A stretch of DNA of 33,227 nt from a virus (taxonomy: Duplodnaviria > Heunggongvirae > Uroviricota > Caudoviricetes): IMG/VR virus record IMGVR_UViG_3300045450_000131, positions 1-33,227 of that record. One strand, 5' to 3'. The position numbers and the translations under genes were made by a program. Below the pieces are notes generated by a model. That model was not told the DNA's origin. It ran no database searches and saw only the letters and a program-made list of their open reading frames with translations. Positions 16,414 to 26,068 of this stretch are shown in pieces; position 1 is the stretch's first letter, and the number at the start of each line of letters is the position of its first letter.

Positions 16414-17487
16414 ATGACACGCTCGCTATTCTTGCTGAAGAGACGCCACGACTACACCGACAATCCAGACTACTTCGCATCTCCTCAGATCGCGACTGGC
16501 ATGTATAATTCGGCAAAGTTCGTCGTTGATGAATTAACTAACGCTGGGAGGGAAGCAAAGTTGGAACTATGTGTCGATGCAAACAGCATCGACAAGATTG
16601 TCACTGACTATAAACCAACTCACGTCTTCATAGAAGGGTTGTGGGTAACACCTGCAAAATTTCAAGAGTTAATGAAGATTGGCAGACACAAAAATATTCA
16701 GTGGTTTTCTAGAATTCACTCCGAAATTCCATTCATCGCAACTGAAGGTAGCGCGTTCGAATGGATTCCACAATATTTGAAGATTGGCGTTAAGGTTGCG
16801 CCGAATGCGCCGCGCGCACATGAGCAGGTAAAATGGCTCGCTAAAACTATTTTTGCCCAAACTATGGATAAGAGTGCCGCACAGTCAATGGCAGACACAA
16901 TGGTGCCATATCTACCAAATTGCTATCCAGTAAACTTCCAAGATTTTCCACTTAAGAATCTAAACTCTAATAAAGAGCATATTGACATTGCGTGTTTTGG
17001 TGCTTTTAGACCGATGAAGAACCACCTTCAGCAGGCCTTCATTGCGATGAAGTATGCCGAGATGCAAAACAAGAAGCTACGGTTCCACGTCAACTCTAGA
17101 AAAGATCAGGGCGGTGACGGTCCAGCTAAAAACACTAAGAATCTACTTGAGGCCGCAGGCTGCGAGTTTGTTGCCCACGGCTGGGAAGATCGTGAAACTT
17201 TCTTGAGCACTCTTGGTGAGATGGATTTACTAATGCAGCTTTCAATGTCTGAGACCTTTAACATTGTTGCGGCTGATGCAACGTTAGTTGGTCGGCCTAT
17301 TATTGTTAGCAAAGAAATTAACTGGGCATATCCAGCTTATGCCGACCCTAACTCAGTGGGTGACTCACTACAAAAGCTAGATTTAATCATGAGCAACAAG
17401 CCATTCTTCATTAACAGCAACCGCGCGGGTCTTAACATTTACGCCAGTGCTGCTCGTAGACGCTGGCTAAATTTCATTGGAGTATAA
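16414..17487 (+). CDS. GT-B fold glycosyltransferase (GT4-like)
   Basis: IACFGAFRPMKN and DLLMQLSMSETFNIVAAD resemble the GT4 GR..K and S..E.F...E signatures. Confidence 0.8.
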   Translation: MTRSLFLLKRRHDYTDNPDYFASPQIATGMYNSAKFVVDELTNAGREAKLELCVDANSIDKIVTDYKPTHVFIEGLWVTPAKFQELMKIGRHKNIQWFSRIHSEIPFIATEGSAFEWIPQYLKIGVKVAPNAPRAHEQVKWLAKTIFAQTMDKSAAQSMADTMVPYLPNCYPVNFQDFPLKNLNSNKEHIDIACFGAFRPMKNHLQQAFIAMKYAEMQNKKLRFHVNSRKDQGGDGPAKNTKNLLEAAGCEFVAHGWEDRETFLSTLGEMDLLMQLSMSETFNIVAADATLVGRPIIVSKEINWAYPAYADPNSVGDSLQKLDLIMSNKPFFINSNRAGLNIYASAARRRWLNFIGV

Positions 17488-17490
17488 GAC

Positions 17491-18072
17491 ATGCGACTGA
17501 TTGATGACAAAGACGGTGTTCAGGTCGTAATTCCACCAGTATTAGGTGATGACGGCATCATGCAAACTATTGACTTTAACTTCTCAGAGATTGAGTTAGA
17601 AAAGTTAGATCATAAGGTAAAGGCGTGGTCATTACAGCTCTTCGATGACAAGAAGGCAATCGCCAAAGTAAAATTTAAGGCATTTCAATTTATCGCCTGT
17701 GGCGTTGAGCGCCGCACCATCAGCGTGAGCCACATGGAGCTTATTCCACAGCAACGCGGTAAAGGCCGCTCTTATGACTTGATGGAATTTATTATTGCTC
17801 GTGTAACTAAAGAATGTGACAAAGAATGGGGTGAAGTATCTGGCAAGCCGGTCTTATTCATTGAAACTTTAGACATTAAGCACCTACCGCAAGCGCAGCA
17901 AAAGGGCCTACTATCCTTATTAAAGAAGGTTGGCGAGAAAGTATTGGGAATTAACCACCACGATCAATCTCCCCCTGAACACGACATTGGGGTCACAGTA
18001 ATTGGTGATGACATTACCATGATGCTTATTAAGGAGCACCTTATTAGATCGAGCATAGCGCGTAAGGATTAA
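17491..18072 (+). CDS. Hypothetical protein, possibly GNAT-like
   Basis: LIPQQRGKG resembles acetyl-CoA-binding motif A; weak evidence. Confidence 0.5.
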   Translation: MRLIDDKDGVQVVIPPVLGDDGIMQTIDFNFSEIELEKLDHKVKAWSLQLFDDKKAIAKVKFKAFQFIACGVERRTISVSHMELIPQQRGKGRSYDLMEFIIARVTKECDKEWGEVSGKPVLFIETLDIKHLPQAQQKGLLSLLKKVGEKVLGINHHDQSPPEHDIGVTVIGDDITMMLIKEHLIRSSIARKD

Positions 18073-18473
18073 TCCTTAAAAATAATAGTTAAGTCGCGCA
18101 GTGTGTTTAGGCCACCAGTTTTTACTACTTTAGACTCGTATCCAGCTTTATTCAACTCAGCTTGTACTGCCTCTAGTGCTTCTGTAATAATGTATTGTGG
18201 AGTAACACTCAGATCATTACATAGAGAAATAAGATTAGTTTCTCCATCTTTACCAAATTTGCGTGGGTCAAATCTCATGTTTAGATTGTCATGACCTGCT
18301 TCTGCAGCTTTAATTAATTTTTGGTCAACTTCAACTAGCATTATCTCAGTGACGCGCATGATGATCTGCTTAATTTGATTTTGCTTACGCTTTTTGTTTT
18401 CTTCAATTCGATCTGCTTCATTCTTGCGGGCAAGTGCAACAATATTAAGCAGACTTTCTTTCTTGATGATCAT
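18069..18473 (-). CDS. Hypothetical protein, paralog of 18475-18873
   Basis: Shared VD..+I.+.E.G and L.V+P..I...AL+.V+AEL patterns. Confidence 0.7.
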   Translation of the reverse strand: MIIKKESLLNIVALARKNEADRIEENKKRKQNQIKQIIMRVTEIMLVEVDQKLIKAAEAGHDNLNMRFDPRKFGKDGETNLISLCNDLSVTPQYIITEALEAVQAELNKAGYESKVVKTGGLNTLRDLTIIFKD

Positions 18474-18474
18474 C

Positions 18475-18873
18475 TTATTTCCAATCTATAATTAAATAGC
18501 GATATGTTTGGGCGCAGCCAGCTTTAAAAAGCTGGCAAACTATGAAGTCTTTACTTTCAAGCTCAGCCTTTACATTATCTAGAGCGCAGTTAAATATATT
18601 TGTTGGTGAAACTCTAAGCGTCTTTTTAAGTTCAGTGAAGTCGCAATCTTCTAAAATTTGATTAATATCGAGCTTAACAATAATTTTCTTAATACCTGTT
18701 TCCTTAGATATAATGATCTCTTTATCTACAATAGCAAAGACGTCTTTAGCACAACGGAGAATTAGATTGCTAATTTCACTTTCGCGCCAGACCTTATGTT
18801 CAGCTTGTGCTTTTATTTCTTGTTTTCGAGCTTCTTTATCCATTAAGCCCCAAGCTTCTTTTGTCAGAGTCAT
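18475..18873 (-). CDS. Hypothetical protein, paralog of 18069-18473
   Basis: See paralog; AGGA RBS. Confidence 0.7.
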   Translation of the reverse strand: MTLTKEAWGLMDKEARKQEIKAQAEHKVWRESEISNLILRCAKDVFAIVDKEIIISKETGIKKIIVKLDINQILEDCDFTELKKTLRVSPTNIFNCALDNVKAELESKDFIVCQLFKAGCAQTYRYLIIDWK

Positions 18874-19080
18874 TTATTTCCTATACTTTAGCTTACTCTT
18901 TTTAAATCGCGCTTGTGAAAGTTTCATGGATGTCACGAGTGCCGCACGTTGAGCCACCTGAGTAATGCTTTGATATGCATCTGGATTGAAATACATAGCT
19001 TTGACCTTTCCATCTTTATGGTCAAAGACATTTAGAGCCATTTTTATTTTAGGCTTATCAAACTTGCAGATTTCACACAT
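18874..19080 (-). CDS. Small hypothetical protein with N-terminal CxxC
   Basis: MCEICK; start moved to ATG 19080. Confidence 0.6.
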   Translation of the reverse strand: MCEICKFDKPKIKMALNVFDHKDGKVKAMYFNPDAYQSITQVAQRAALVTSMKLSQARFKKSKLKYRK

Positions 19081-19391
19081 TACTTGCGCTCCCTCAAAAT
19101 TACTTCGTCGCTTAGCTTGTAACACAAAACTGCCTCTTGATTGTAATACTCAAGAGTCATATCGATAATTTGATCAATCTGTTCTCTCGTGCCGACAATG
19201 CGAACAGGAATCATCCGCTCGATAAAGATTTTACCACGTGGTGAAACCCATTGACCCTTCGCTGGTGTCATGATAGTTAGACCGCCAGTGATTGCTCTTA
19301 CCTTTTCATCCCACACCCGGTGGTATCTAGTCGTATAGAACTTGCCCTCACCTTTCTCGGTAGGTACCAAAATTTCCCACAAGCAGATCAT
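19080..19391 (-). CDS. Conserved small protein, probable ferredoxin-like (DUF3574/PII-like) fold
   Basis: WEILVP...GGLTI..PAKGQW...ERMIPVRI...YNQEAVL pattern; fold is inference. Confidence 0.6.
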   Translation of the reverse strand: MICLWEILVPTEKGEGKFYTTRYHRVWDEKVRAITGGLTIMTPAKGQWVSPRGKIFIERMIPVRIVGTREQIDQIIDMTLEYYNQEAVLCYKLSDEVILRERK

Positions 19392-19582
19392 TTGTTCACC
19401 TCTGCGTCCCTAATTTCCATGGCTGCGATGTCGAGCTCGATTAGAATCCGCTTTCGTTCATTGTCATCAGCCACAAAAAATGCGCTAGTATATGCAAGAA
19501 CACGTTCGTACAGGGGAAGATTTTTGTTCTTCAGCTTTGCAAAATTTGCTGCAAACTCGCCCTTTTCAACTTCGCTTTTCAT
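19388..19582 (-). CDS. Hypothetical protein
   Basis: Start moved to ATG 19582 after the AGGAG RBS and early promoter. Confidence 0.6.
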   Translation of the reverse strand: MKSEVEKGEFAANFAKLKNKNLPLYERVLAYTSAFFVADDNERKRILIELDIAAMEIRDAEVNK

Positions 19583-19603
19583 GTGCATCGCTCCTAAAAT
19601 TAA

Positions 19604-19632
19604 ATTATAACTTAGGAGCACCACTTTGTACA
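19604..19632 (-). promoter_or_regulatory. Early promoter TGTACA-N17-TATAAT
   Basis: Exact hexamers and spacing. Confidence 0.7.
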
Positions 19633-19848
19633 TCAGAGATTTGTCTTTAGCTTCTCATATGCTTCAATAACGCGCTGATCAATTTCTTCTGGCGATCCCT
19701 CGTTACGGTGAGCATTTACCCAGTTGTCAATGTCACCTAGAATCTTAAAGATAGGTTGTTCTTGGTGGGTAAATGATCGGTGAAAGTTAATTTTATTAAA
19801 GAGAGCTTCGTAAGTTTGTACTTTTTCTTTGTTAGTTGGCTTTTTCAT
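19633..19848 (-). CDS. Hypothetical protein
   Basis: 71 aa, coupled to its neighbour. Confidence 0.65.
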   Translation of the reverse strand: MKKPTNKEKVQTYEALFNKINFHRSFTHQEQPIFKILGDIDNWVNAHRNEGSPEEIDQRVIEAYEKLKTNL

Positions 19849-20099
19849 AGTGTGGATTGCGCGACTGATGTATTGCGAAGATTCTTGACATCTTCTGGCG
19901 GTTGAGGAATTGATGAAACTGGAACAACGCAGCTTTCACTGAGCGACCCTGTTTCAATTTTACCAGTTACATTATTGAAATACATTACGTTAATGCACGC
20001 TACACCCGCATTAGTATAGGTGCCGCAAACGGTAAAGGCAGGGCTGCCGCTTCTAAGGCGAACAATGTCACCAACGCGATGATTTGATTTAGCTGTCAT
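19845..20099 (-). CDS. YodC/DUF2158 family protein
   Basis: VGDIVRLRSGSPAFTV motif. Confidence 0.8.
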   Translation of the reverse strand: MTAKSNHRVGDIVRLRSGSPAFTVCGTYTNAGVACINVMYFNNVTGKIETGSLSESCVVPVSSIPQPPEDVKNLRNTSVAQSTL

Positions 20100-20638
20100 G
20101 GTGTGAACTCATGTGAAATGTTAAAAATTTTACTCGCAAAATAGTAATTTACGGCAGTGAAGCCGCTGTTTGAATTACACTTAATGAAATTATCTTCGTG
20201 GCCTTTGCCAGCACTGGCTTCATCATCAATAATGATGAAGCTTTCTAGCTTAAAGTCCTCAATTGCCTTGTTAACTTGTTGGCACCTTGTGCCATAATTT
20301 ATATCAGTAATGCCGATTAATTTACCGGTTAAACCTAAGCACTTAAGATATGCTTGTAAACAATCAAGCTGCTTTGTTCTGCCATGATTTCCAAATAACG
20401 TACGGTGACTTGATGACAAAATAATATTAGCGTCAGCTTCCGCAATAAGTCTGTTAATTAAACTGACTGCAATTGGGTCAATAGTTTTAATTGTTTGATC
20501 GGCCAAGTAGGGCATATTGGGCTCTAGAAAATAAAAATATTCCAGCGCAAGAGCCGCGTGTAAAGATGGACCCGGTCGGCCTATCACAGATGCAGTGCTA
20601 TTCAAACACCCATCAATATCTAAAATAATCGTGCTCAT
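20096..20638 (-). CDS. HAD-family phosphatase (Swiss-Army-Knife RNA-repair-like HAD)
   Basis: IILDIDGCLN, IILSSS, IGIT and FIIIDD motifs. Confidence 0.8.
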   Translation of the reverse strand: MSTIILDIDGCLNSTASVIGRPGPSLHAALALEYFYFLEPNMPYLADQTIKTIDPIAVSLINRLIAEADANIILSSSHRTLFGNHGRTKQLDCLQAYLKCLGLTGKLIGITDINYGTRCQQVNKAIEDFKLESFIIIDDEASAGKGHEDNFIKCNSNSGFTAVNYYFASKIFNISHEFTP

Positions 20639-20672
20639 AAAATCCTCTATAAGACATGAATTTTAAACTAAA

Positions 20673-21944
20673 TTATGGTCGCCAAAGTTCAATATTCTCA
20701 GGACATTTATTTCTATTAAGAGATGCCTTCAGGTCCATCACAACTAACTTATGATCTAACCCCTTACCATAGTTCTGGATAGTTGTCCACCCATCATCTA
20801 AAAATTGCTTGTGTGGCACCGCTAAGATGACGGCGTGGGCACCTTGATATTGATGTGGATTGATGTCAATGTTGTATTCGTGCTTTACCTCTTCTTTATT
20901 AGCTAGAGGATCAAATACCTGAATTGTTACTCCATACTGCTTTAGTTGGCAAATAGCATTAAACACCTTCGAGTTCCTAATGTCGGGTACATCCTCCTTG
21001 AAGGTGCAACCTAAAATAGTAACGATGGGGGAAGCGCCTAGCATGCGATTCCTTGCCATCAGCTTAATTAGCTGATCAACGATAAAGGACGACATGCTGT
21101 CGTTAATTTCCCTTGATGATAATATTACGTCAGCCACAAATCCCTGCACAGCTGCCTTGTGCGATAGGTAGTATGGGTCAATTGAAATGCAGTGGCCTCC
21201 TACCAATCCAGGCCTAAACTTTTGGAAATTCCACTTTGAACCAGCAGCGTCAATTACGTCATTGGTATCTACACCGAGCCGGCTGAAGATATGACTTAAC
21301 TCATTCATCAAAGCAATGTTTACGTCCCGCTGGGTATTCTCAATTACCTTTGCAGCTTCTGCAATCTTAATGCTTTGGGCTCGATATGTTTTAGTAATTT
21401 TGCCATAGATGTAGTCTAAGTTATTCAAGGTGTAGTTACTATCACCAGCCACAATTTTGGTGGTTGTAGTAAGGGTGTGTTCCTTGTCACCAGGGTTAAT
21501 TCGTTCTGGTGAATAACCGACGAAGAAGTGTTCCTTCCACTCTAAGTTAGATTCTTCTTCTAAAATCGGAACGCAGATTTCTTCTGTCACGCCTGGATAA
21601 ACAGTTGACTCATAAACCACTAAGTTGCCTGCTGTGAGGTGTTTACCAACCATCTTAGTGGCTGACTTCACTGGGTTTAAATCTGGGACGTTACCCTCCG
21701 CGACGGGTGTGGGGACGGTAATAATGTAGGTGTCTATTTCGGCTAAATCAGCTTCATTGCTTGACAGCTTCACAGTACTGTTCATGAGGGCAAAGCGACT
21801 GATTTCGTTCGTTCTATCGTGACCGCTTTTTAGTTCAGATACTCTAGATTCATTAATGTCATAACCAACAACCTTGAAGTGCTTGGCAAGCTCAACGGCA
21901 AGAGGGCAACCAACGTAGCCCAAACCAATAACCGCAATTTTCAT
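20673..21944 (-). CDS. UDP-N-acetylhexosamine C6 dehydrogenase (TviB/WbpO-like)
   Basis: GLGYVG Rossmann loop, YESTVYPG, YSPERINPG, GGHC catalytic motif, KEDVPDIRNS. Confidence 0.92.
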   Translation of the reverse strand: MKIAVIGLGYVGCPLAVELAKHFKVVGYDINESRVSELKSGHDRTNEISRFALMNSTVKLSSNEADLAEIDTYIITVPTPVAEGNVPDLNPVKSATKMVGKHLTAGNLVVYESTVYPGVTEEICVPILEEESNLEWKEHFFVGYSPERINPGDKEHTLTTTTKIVAGDSNYTLNNLDYIYGKITKTYRAQSIKIAEAAKVIENTQRDVNIALMNELSHIFSRLGVDTNDVIDAAGSKWNFQKFRPGLVGGHCISIDPYYLSHKAAVQGFVADVILSSREINDSMSSFIVDQLIKLMARNRMLGASPIVTILGCTFKEDVPDIRNSKVFNAICQLKQYGVTIQVFDPLANKEEVKHEYNIDINPHQYQGAHAVILAVPHKQFLDDGWTTIQNYGKGLDHKLVVMDLKASLNRNKCPENIELWRP

Positions 21945-21945
21945 T

Positions 21946-22554
21946 TTATATCCTAACTATATTTTTTAATATGGAAGTTCGCGCAGTATGAGGTAGTGAC
22001 TCCAAATATTCTAGTGAACTGTGTATATCTATCAAGTGATGCTCCTGCAGAATCTTATCTGACAATTCCCACCATTTTAAATTAAGCAACCTTTCAATGA
22101 TTAAATCGTTAAATCTAAACTTAATGACCCTTGCCGGCACACCGCCAACGACTGCATAATCTGGCACATCTCTATTTACAACCGCCCCAGCGGCAATTAC
22201 AGCACCATTCCCAATCGTAACCCCATTCATGATGATTGCATTATCACCAATCCAGACGTCATTTTTAATTAAGACCAACATGCCATCTTTAACTCTCTTC
22301 ACAGTGTTAGAATCAGAGGTGAAGGCGGAACTGGTGCTCAGTAAGTTCATGTCATGATGGCCAGTACCAATTGTAATATTATTACCAAATGAGCAATAAC
22401 GCCCAATGTAAACGTTACTGTGAATTCTACCACTATTAACATAAGAGTGCTTTAAAATTCTGACACCTGGATTAATGTGAGTATTACCAACCCTAATCGG
22501 CGGCTCATAGAAGAATGGACTTCTAGGCAGAACATAATAACTTAAGCCATTCAT
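21946..22554 (-). CDS. CatB-related hexapeptide-repeat (LbH) O-acetyltransferase
   Basis: [47 protein letters not shown]; start moved to ATG 22554. Confidence 0.9.
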   Translation of the reverse strand: MNGLSYYVLPRSPFFYEPPIRVGNTHINPGVRILKHSYVNSGRIHSNVYIGRYCSFGNNITIGTGHHDMNLLSTSSAFTSDSNTVKRVKDGMLVLIKNDVWIGDNAIIMNGVTIGNGAVIAAGAVVNRDVPDYAVVGGVPARVIKFRFNDLIIERLLNLKWWELSDKILQEHHLIDIHSSLEYLESLPHTARTSILKNIVRI

Positions 22555-22555
22555 A

Positions 22556-23812
22556 TTAATCAAATAGAGGGTGAAAAACAAATAACATATCTTTGTTTTT
22601 AACTTCACGTGTAAGCGTAATTTCTGTAATGTAGCCGTTTATTTCCCGTCCTGAATATGGCTGATCACCAGATTGTAATTGCGGATAGACATACTTTACT
22701 TCACCGATGTTGTCACACCAGAAAACGCCAACTCGACAATCATATAGGGGATAACCAGGCTGCAGGAAGTGCAGTGCCTTCTCTGGCACGAACATAAAAG
22801 TAATTGGCGCATTGCTGAGTGTTACTTTAAATTGCGCGCTCTCAGTAGATTGCTTCATCAGCTTCTTTAACTCAATAAGCTGTTGTGTCTTTTCTAAAAT
22901 TTGGAATGAAATTTTAGACATTTCTTGTTCAGCAACTGTAATTTCAGCCATAATGCGGTGTGAGTCCCACAGAAGCTGTAAATCCTTGCTGCTGATCTTC
23001 ATGCTCCTATCATATGGAGACGGAGGCACATAAGGCTGTGGTATAGGCTGATATGGTGGTGTATATTCCAATTCTGGTAATTTTTGCACCTCTGGTGGTT
23101 CGTATTGAGGTGCAACATATGGAGCTGGTTCTAGAATAGGGGTCTCGTTCTCTGGCAAAGGATCGAAATTAGTTCTCTTAAATGTATTAGTGTCATTGTA
23201 GATATTGTCAAAGAGTAACTTGCGATGATGTCTAGCATCAGCAAATGACGCCTTAAGCTCATTAATTTGATTTTTCAATTCATATAGGTCATTCGGAGAA
23301 ATGCTCTTCGCGATCTCCTGCGTGCTAATTAGCATCTCTAGGTGGTTGGCTAGAGCTAACACTTCAAGTGCCTTGCTTCTATCTGGCAAGTCAATATTTG
23401 AGAGCGGACCCAACCTTTCAATCTGGACAGGATTCAAGTTAGACTCTTTTTCTAGCCTAACGATAGATTTAAACAGCTCATTATATAATACTGCGTGGCG
23501 CTGAACTTGGCCCTTTAATGTCCTGTCGAGCTTTAATACCCTCTCATCCAGTTGGTTAATAGTCTGAGATAAAGACTGTACATTGGAGTTAAATGATACC
23601 ATCTTATCGTCAGTCTTTAAAATTCTGACAGGTATACCCCACCTTATGCTATTATCAAAGTACATTCTCATGTAGAAGTAGCTTCCCAAATAAGCAATAA
23701 GAGTAACACATAATGAGATAATGACGATTCTAATGGCTGGAAAGTACTCACCATTACGATAGTAAACCCACTGTATTAACGCGACAACTACAAAGATTAA
23801 GAACCACAACAT
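22556..23812 (-). CDS. Membrane-anchored coiled-coil protein, possibly HlyD/membrane-fusion-like
   Basis: Two N-terminal TM segments, long heptad regions, Pro-rich linker, C-terminal beta domain (FVP...PG.PLYDC....FWC..IG.V). Function is inference. Confidence 0.55.
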   Translation of the reverse strand: MLWFLIFVVVALIQWVYYRNGEYFPAIRIVIISLCVTLIAYLGSYFYMRMYFDNSIRWGIPVRILKTDDKMVSFNSNVQSLSQTINQLDERVLKLDRTLKGQVQRHAVLYNELFKSIVRLEKESNLNPVQIERLGPLSNIDLPDRSKALEVLALANHLEMLISTQEIAKSISPNDLYELKNQINELKASFADARHHRKLLFDNIYNDTNTFKRTNFDPLPENETPILEPAPYVAPQYEPPEVQKLPELEYTPPYQPIPQPYVPPSPYDRSMKISSKDLQLLWDSHRIMAEITVAEQEMSKISFQILEKTQQLIELKKLMKQSTESAQFKVTLSNAPITFMFVPEKALHFLQPGYPLYDCRVGVFWCDNIGEVKYVYPQLQSGDQPYSGREINGYITEITLTREVKNKDMLFVFHPLFD

Positions 23813-23836
23813 AAAAGACCCCCTTCAACGGAGTTC

Positions 23837-23865
23837 TATTTAGGTGAAAGGGCACAGCCCTTTCA
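23837..23865 (-). promoter_or_regulatory. Hairpin after the helicase followed by late-type box CTAAATA
   Basis: TGAAAGGG/CCCTTTCA stem at 23845-23865; CTAAATA at 23837-23843, 24 nt before ATG 23812. Confidence 0.5.
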
Positions 23866-23868
23866 ATC

Positions 23869-25371
23869 TTAGTCCTTAGTCAGAGTAACCAGAATAAGTT
23901 CTTCCATTGCGCGGGTGGTTGCAACATAGCACAGGTTGTCTTCCTGTTCCAGTTCCCACTGCTTCTTAGCGAAGCCAGACGGGCCAGTTTGGAGCCAAAA
24001 GACACGCTTCCATTCCAGGCCCTTGCTGCGGTGGATAGAGCAAAGCAATACCACCGGCTTCTTGCTTTCTTCCTGGCCAAAGATTTCATCAATCTCGAGT
24101 TCAATTGCCTGCTGAGGGCTGAGCTTGGTGTTTTTGGCCATCGCCCGAGTAATGATGACCTTCAAGCACTGCAGTTTGTCCATCAGATCATCAGCTTGAC
24201 GGTTCTTCTCCTGTGCAAGCAGCTTCTTGATTTCACGCTCTTCAAACTCTTCCAGCTTGGTAATCAGGGCATCAAACGTCTTGCACTTCCAACGACCAGC
24301 AAGCTTCTTCAGACCACTAGCAATTTCACGGCCTTCAATACGGGCCGGGATACCAGCACCAATAAATTGGTAGACGTATTTAATGAGGGGAGCATTGAAG
24401 CGGGAAACAATTGCATCACCAACTTTAGCGACCTTCATCAGTTCGGTGTCTACCAGTTGGCTGACAACACCTGGGGCTGCAGTGGGCGAGCACTCAATGT
24501 GATTCACCCACTGCTTTGCATGTGCAACGACATTCTGTGGGCACCGGAAGGTGAAGGACAAGGGCAGCTTGATTGCATTGACTGCATTGCCGATAAGTTC
24601 CAAGCTGTTAGCATCAGCACCGGTGAAACCATAAATTGCCTGATGCTTGTCGCCGACTGCAACCAGTCGGCCATTTTGCTTCATCATCAGCACTGCGAGG
24701 TAACGGCGGGAAGCGTTGGTGTCTTGGGCTTCATCAAGTAGAACCCAGTCATACTCGTCAATAGAGACGTTGTGGTAGAGGGGTGCGAAGATCATGTCAT
24801 CGAAATCGATCACGCGGTTATTGTTAGCAATAGAACGCTTGAAGACATCTTTTGCCAAGTTGATAATAACATCGGTGTTGTCAATACCGGATTTCTCATC
24901 GAAGCACTCTACGCCGAAGTGATCGATAAACTTAATCCATTCACCACGGTCACTCTCATTGCTATTATAGCCAAGAGCGGCCTGCTTCGCATAGGAAACC
25001 AGCTGCAATACTGGGCCTTCAAACAAACCATAGCCGAAGATTCCCTGGGTGACCATGCGGTAGATGTCGCGGCACTTGTCATTGTTGACTTGAACTCGAG
25101 GTGCCGCCTTACGCCATGCTTTAAAACCGGCGGCGTGCATGGTAGAAATATTCAGGCCATTCTTGAGCTTAGGAGCACGGTCAGAAATCTCAACGGCGAT
25201 CTTTTTGTTGTAGGCACCGAAGAAGATGGTGCCCTTCATAATTTTGAGAGCTTCGATAAGGGTGGTAGTTTTGCCGCTACCAGCAACTGCTTCCAAAACA
25301 CACGAACCTTCACCATCCTTAATCCAGTTGAAGAAGGTGGTCTGTTGTGCGGAAGGAAGAAATTTGCTCAT
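23869..25371 (-). CDS. Superfamily 1 UvrD/Rep-like helicase
   Basis: AVAGSGKTT, DEAQD, VGDKHQAIYGF, FRCP, SIHRSKGLEW and YVATTRA motifs. Confidence 0.93.
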   Translation of the reverse strand: MSKFLPSAQQTTFFNWIKDGEGSCVLEAVAGSGKTTTLIEALKIMKGTIFFGAYNKKIAVEISDRAPKLKNGLNISTMHAAGFKAWRKAAPRVQVNNDKCRDIYRMVTQGIFGYGLFEGPVLQLVSYAKQAALGYNSNESDRGEWIKFIDHFGVECFDEKSGIDNTDVIINLAKDVFKRSIANNNRVIDFDDMIFAPLYHNVSIDEYDWVLLDEAQDTNASRRYLAVLMMKQNGRLVAVGDKHQAIYGFTGADANSLELIGNAVNAIKLPLSFTFRCPQNVVAHAKQWVNHIECSPTAAPGVVSQLVDTELMKVAKVGDAIVSRFNAPLIKYVYQFIGAGIPARIEGREIASGLKKLAGRWKCKTFDALITKLEEFEEREIKKLLAQEKNRQADDLMDKLQCLKVIITRAMAKNTKLSPQQAIELEIDEIFGQEESKKPVVLLCSIHRSKGLEWKRVFWLQTGPSGFAKKQWELEQEDNLCYVATTRAMEELILVTLTKD

Positions 25372-25399
25372 TAAGACTCCAGTTTAGTGGTATGAATGA

Positions 25400-25429
25400 A
25401 TTATACCACCAACCTGTCGCCTTGTACAC
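25400..25429 (-). promoter_or_regulatory. Early promoter GTGTACA-N17-TATAAT
   Basis: Exact motif upstream of the helicase. Confidence 0.75.
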
Positions 25430-25435
25430 ACTATT

Positions 25436-26032
25436 TTAATTTAGAATTCCAGTACCCTTTGGTGGTGTAAAATTAAAGTGATCTGCCGAGAATGTAATAT
25501 TTCTTTGAATTTGATAAAAATTAATAATGATTGTGTTATCAAATACGTCTTGAATCTGCATAATGACTGGCATGTTATTCTTCATTGCGACTCTGACCAT
25601 CTCAATCATGCCGTCATTGACTTTGGGTAACACTCTTACCCATTCTAGCCCATCATTAGATATGTCTTCAGACAAATTATATGATTTCGTAATGTCATTG
25701 CCAAATAAAATCATGGCTGGTGAATTACTAGCCGTCTGCTTAGCGGACTTTTTAGTTAACTGATTAAGGTCCTTGTCATAAATGAACAAGGTTACACCAT
25801 CAGATTGTAATGTCTGCTCAAATGGCAAACGGTATTCCCAAATAAACTTTCCAGGCTTTGCAAATTCAAACATGCCGGCGGCAGTTTTATTGCCCTTGCC
25901 GCCTTTGGTGACTTGGGCAAAGTTACCTTTTGCCGAATTTGTAGTAGAAGTGAATTGTTTAAGTTGCTCAACTGCACCTGCAAATGAAGAAGTGGAGAGT
26001 GCAAGTAAAAATATTGCTAACAGCTGTTTCAT
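25436..26032 (-). CDS. lolA: Periplasmic lipoprotein chaperone LolA homolog
   Basis: Sec signal; GNFAQV, GMFEFAKPGKFIWEY..PFEQ.LQSDG..LFIYDKDLNQLT, SPAMILFG, FNFTPPKG span the full LolA fold. Start ATG 26032 after AAGGA. Confidence 0.9.
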   Translation of the reverse strand: MKQLLAIFLLALSTSSFAGAVEQLKQFTSTTNSAKGNFAQVTKGGKGNKTAAGMFEFAKPGKFIWEYRLPFEQTLQSDGVTLFIYDKDLNQLTKKSAKQTASNSPAMILFGNDITKSYNLSEDISNDGLEWVRVLPKVNDGMIEMVRVAMKNNMPVIMQIQDVFDNTIIINFYQIQRNITFSADHFNFTPPKGTGILN

Positions 26033-26068
26033 AACATCCTTTATAAGAGTAGGATTTTTCACCACTCT

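Noticed and set aside
23989-25374. Two long plus-strand ORFs (250 and 200 aa) inside the helicase
   Set aside because: Antisense in-register shadows of a strongly codon-biased gene; no promoter, RBS or recognisable domain.
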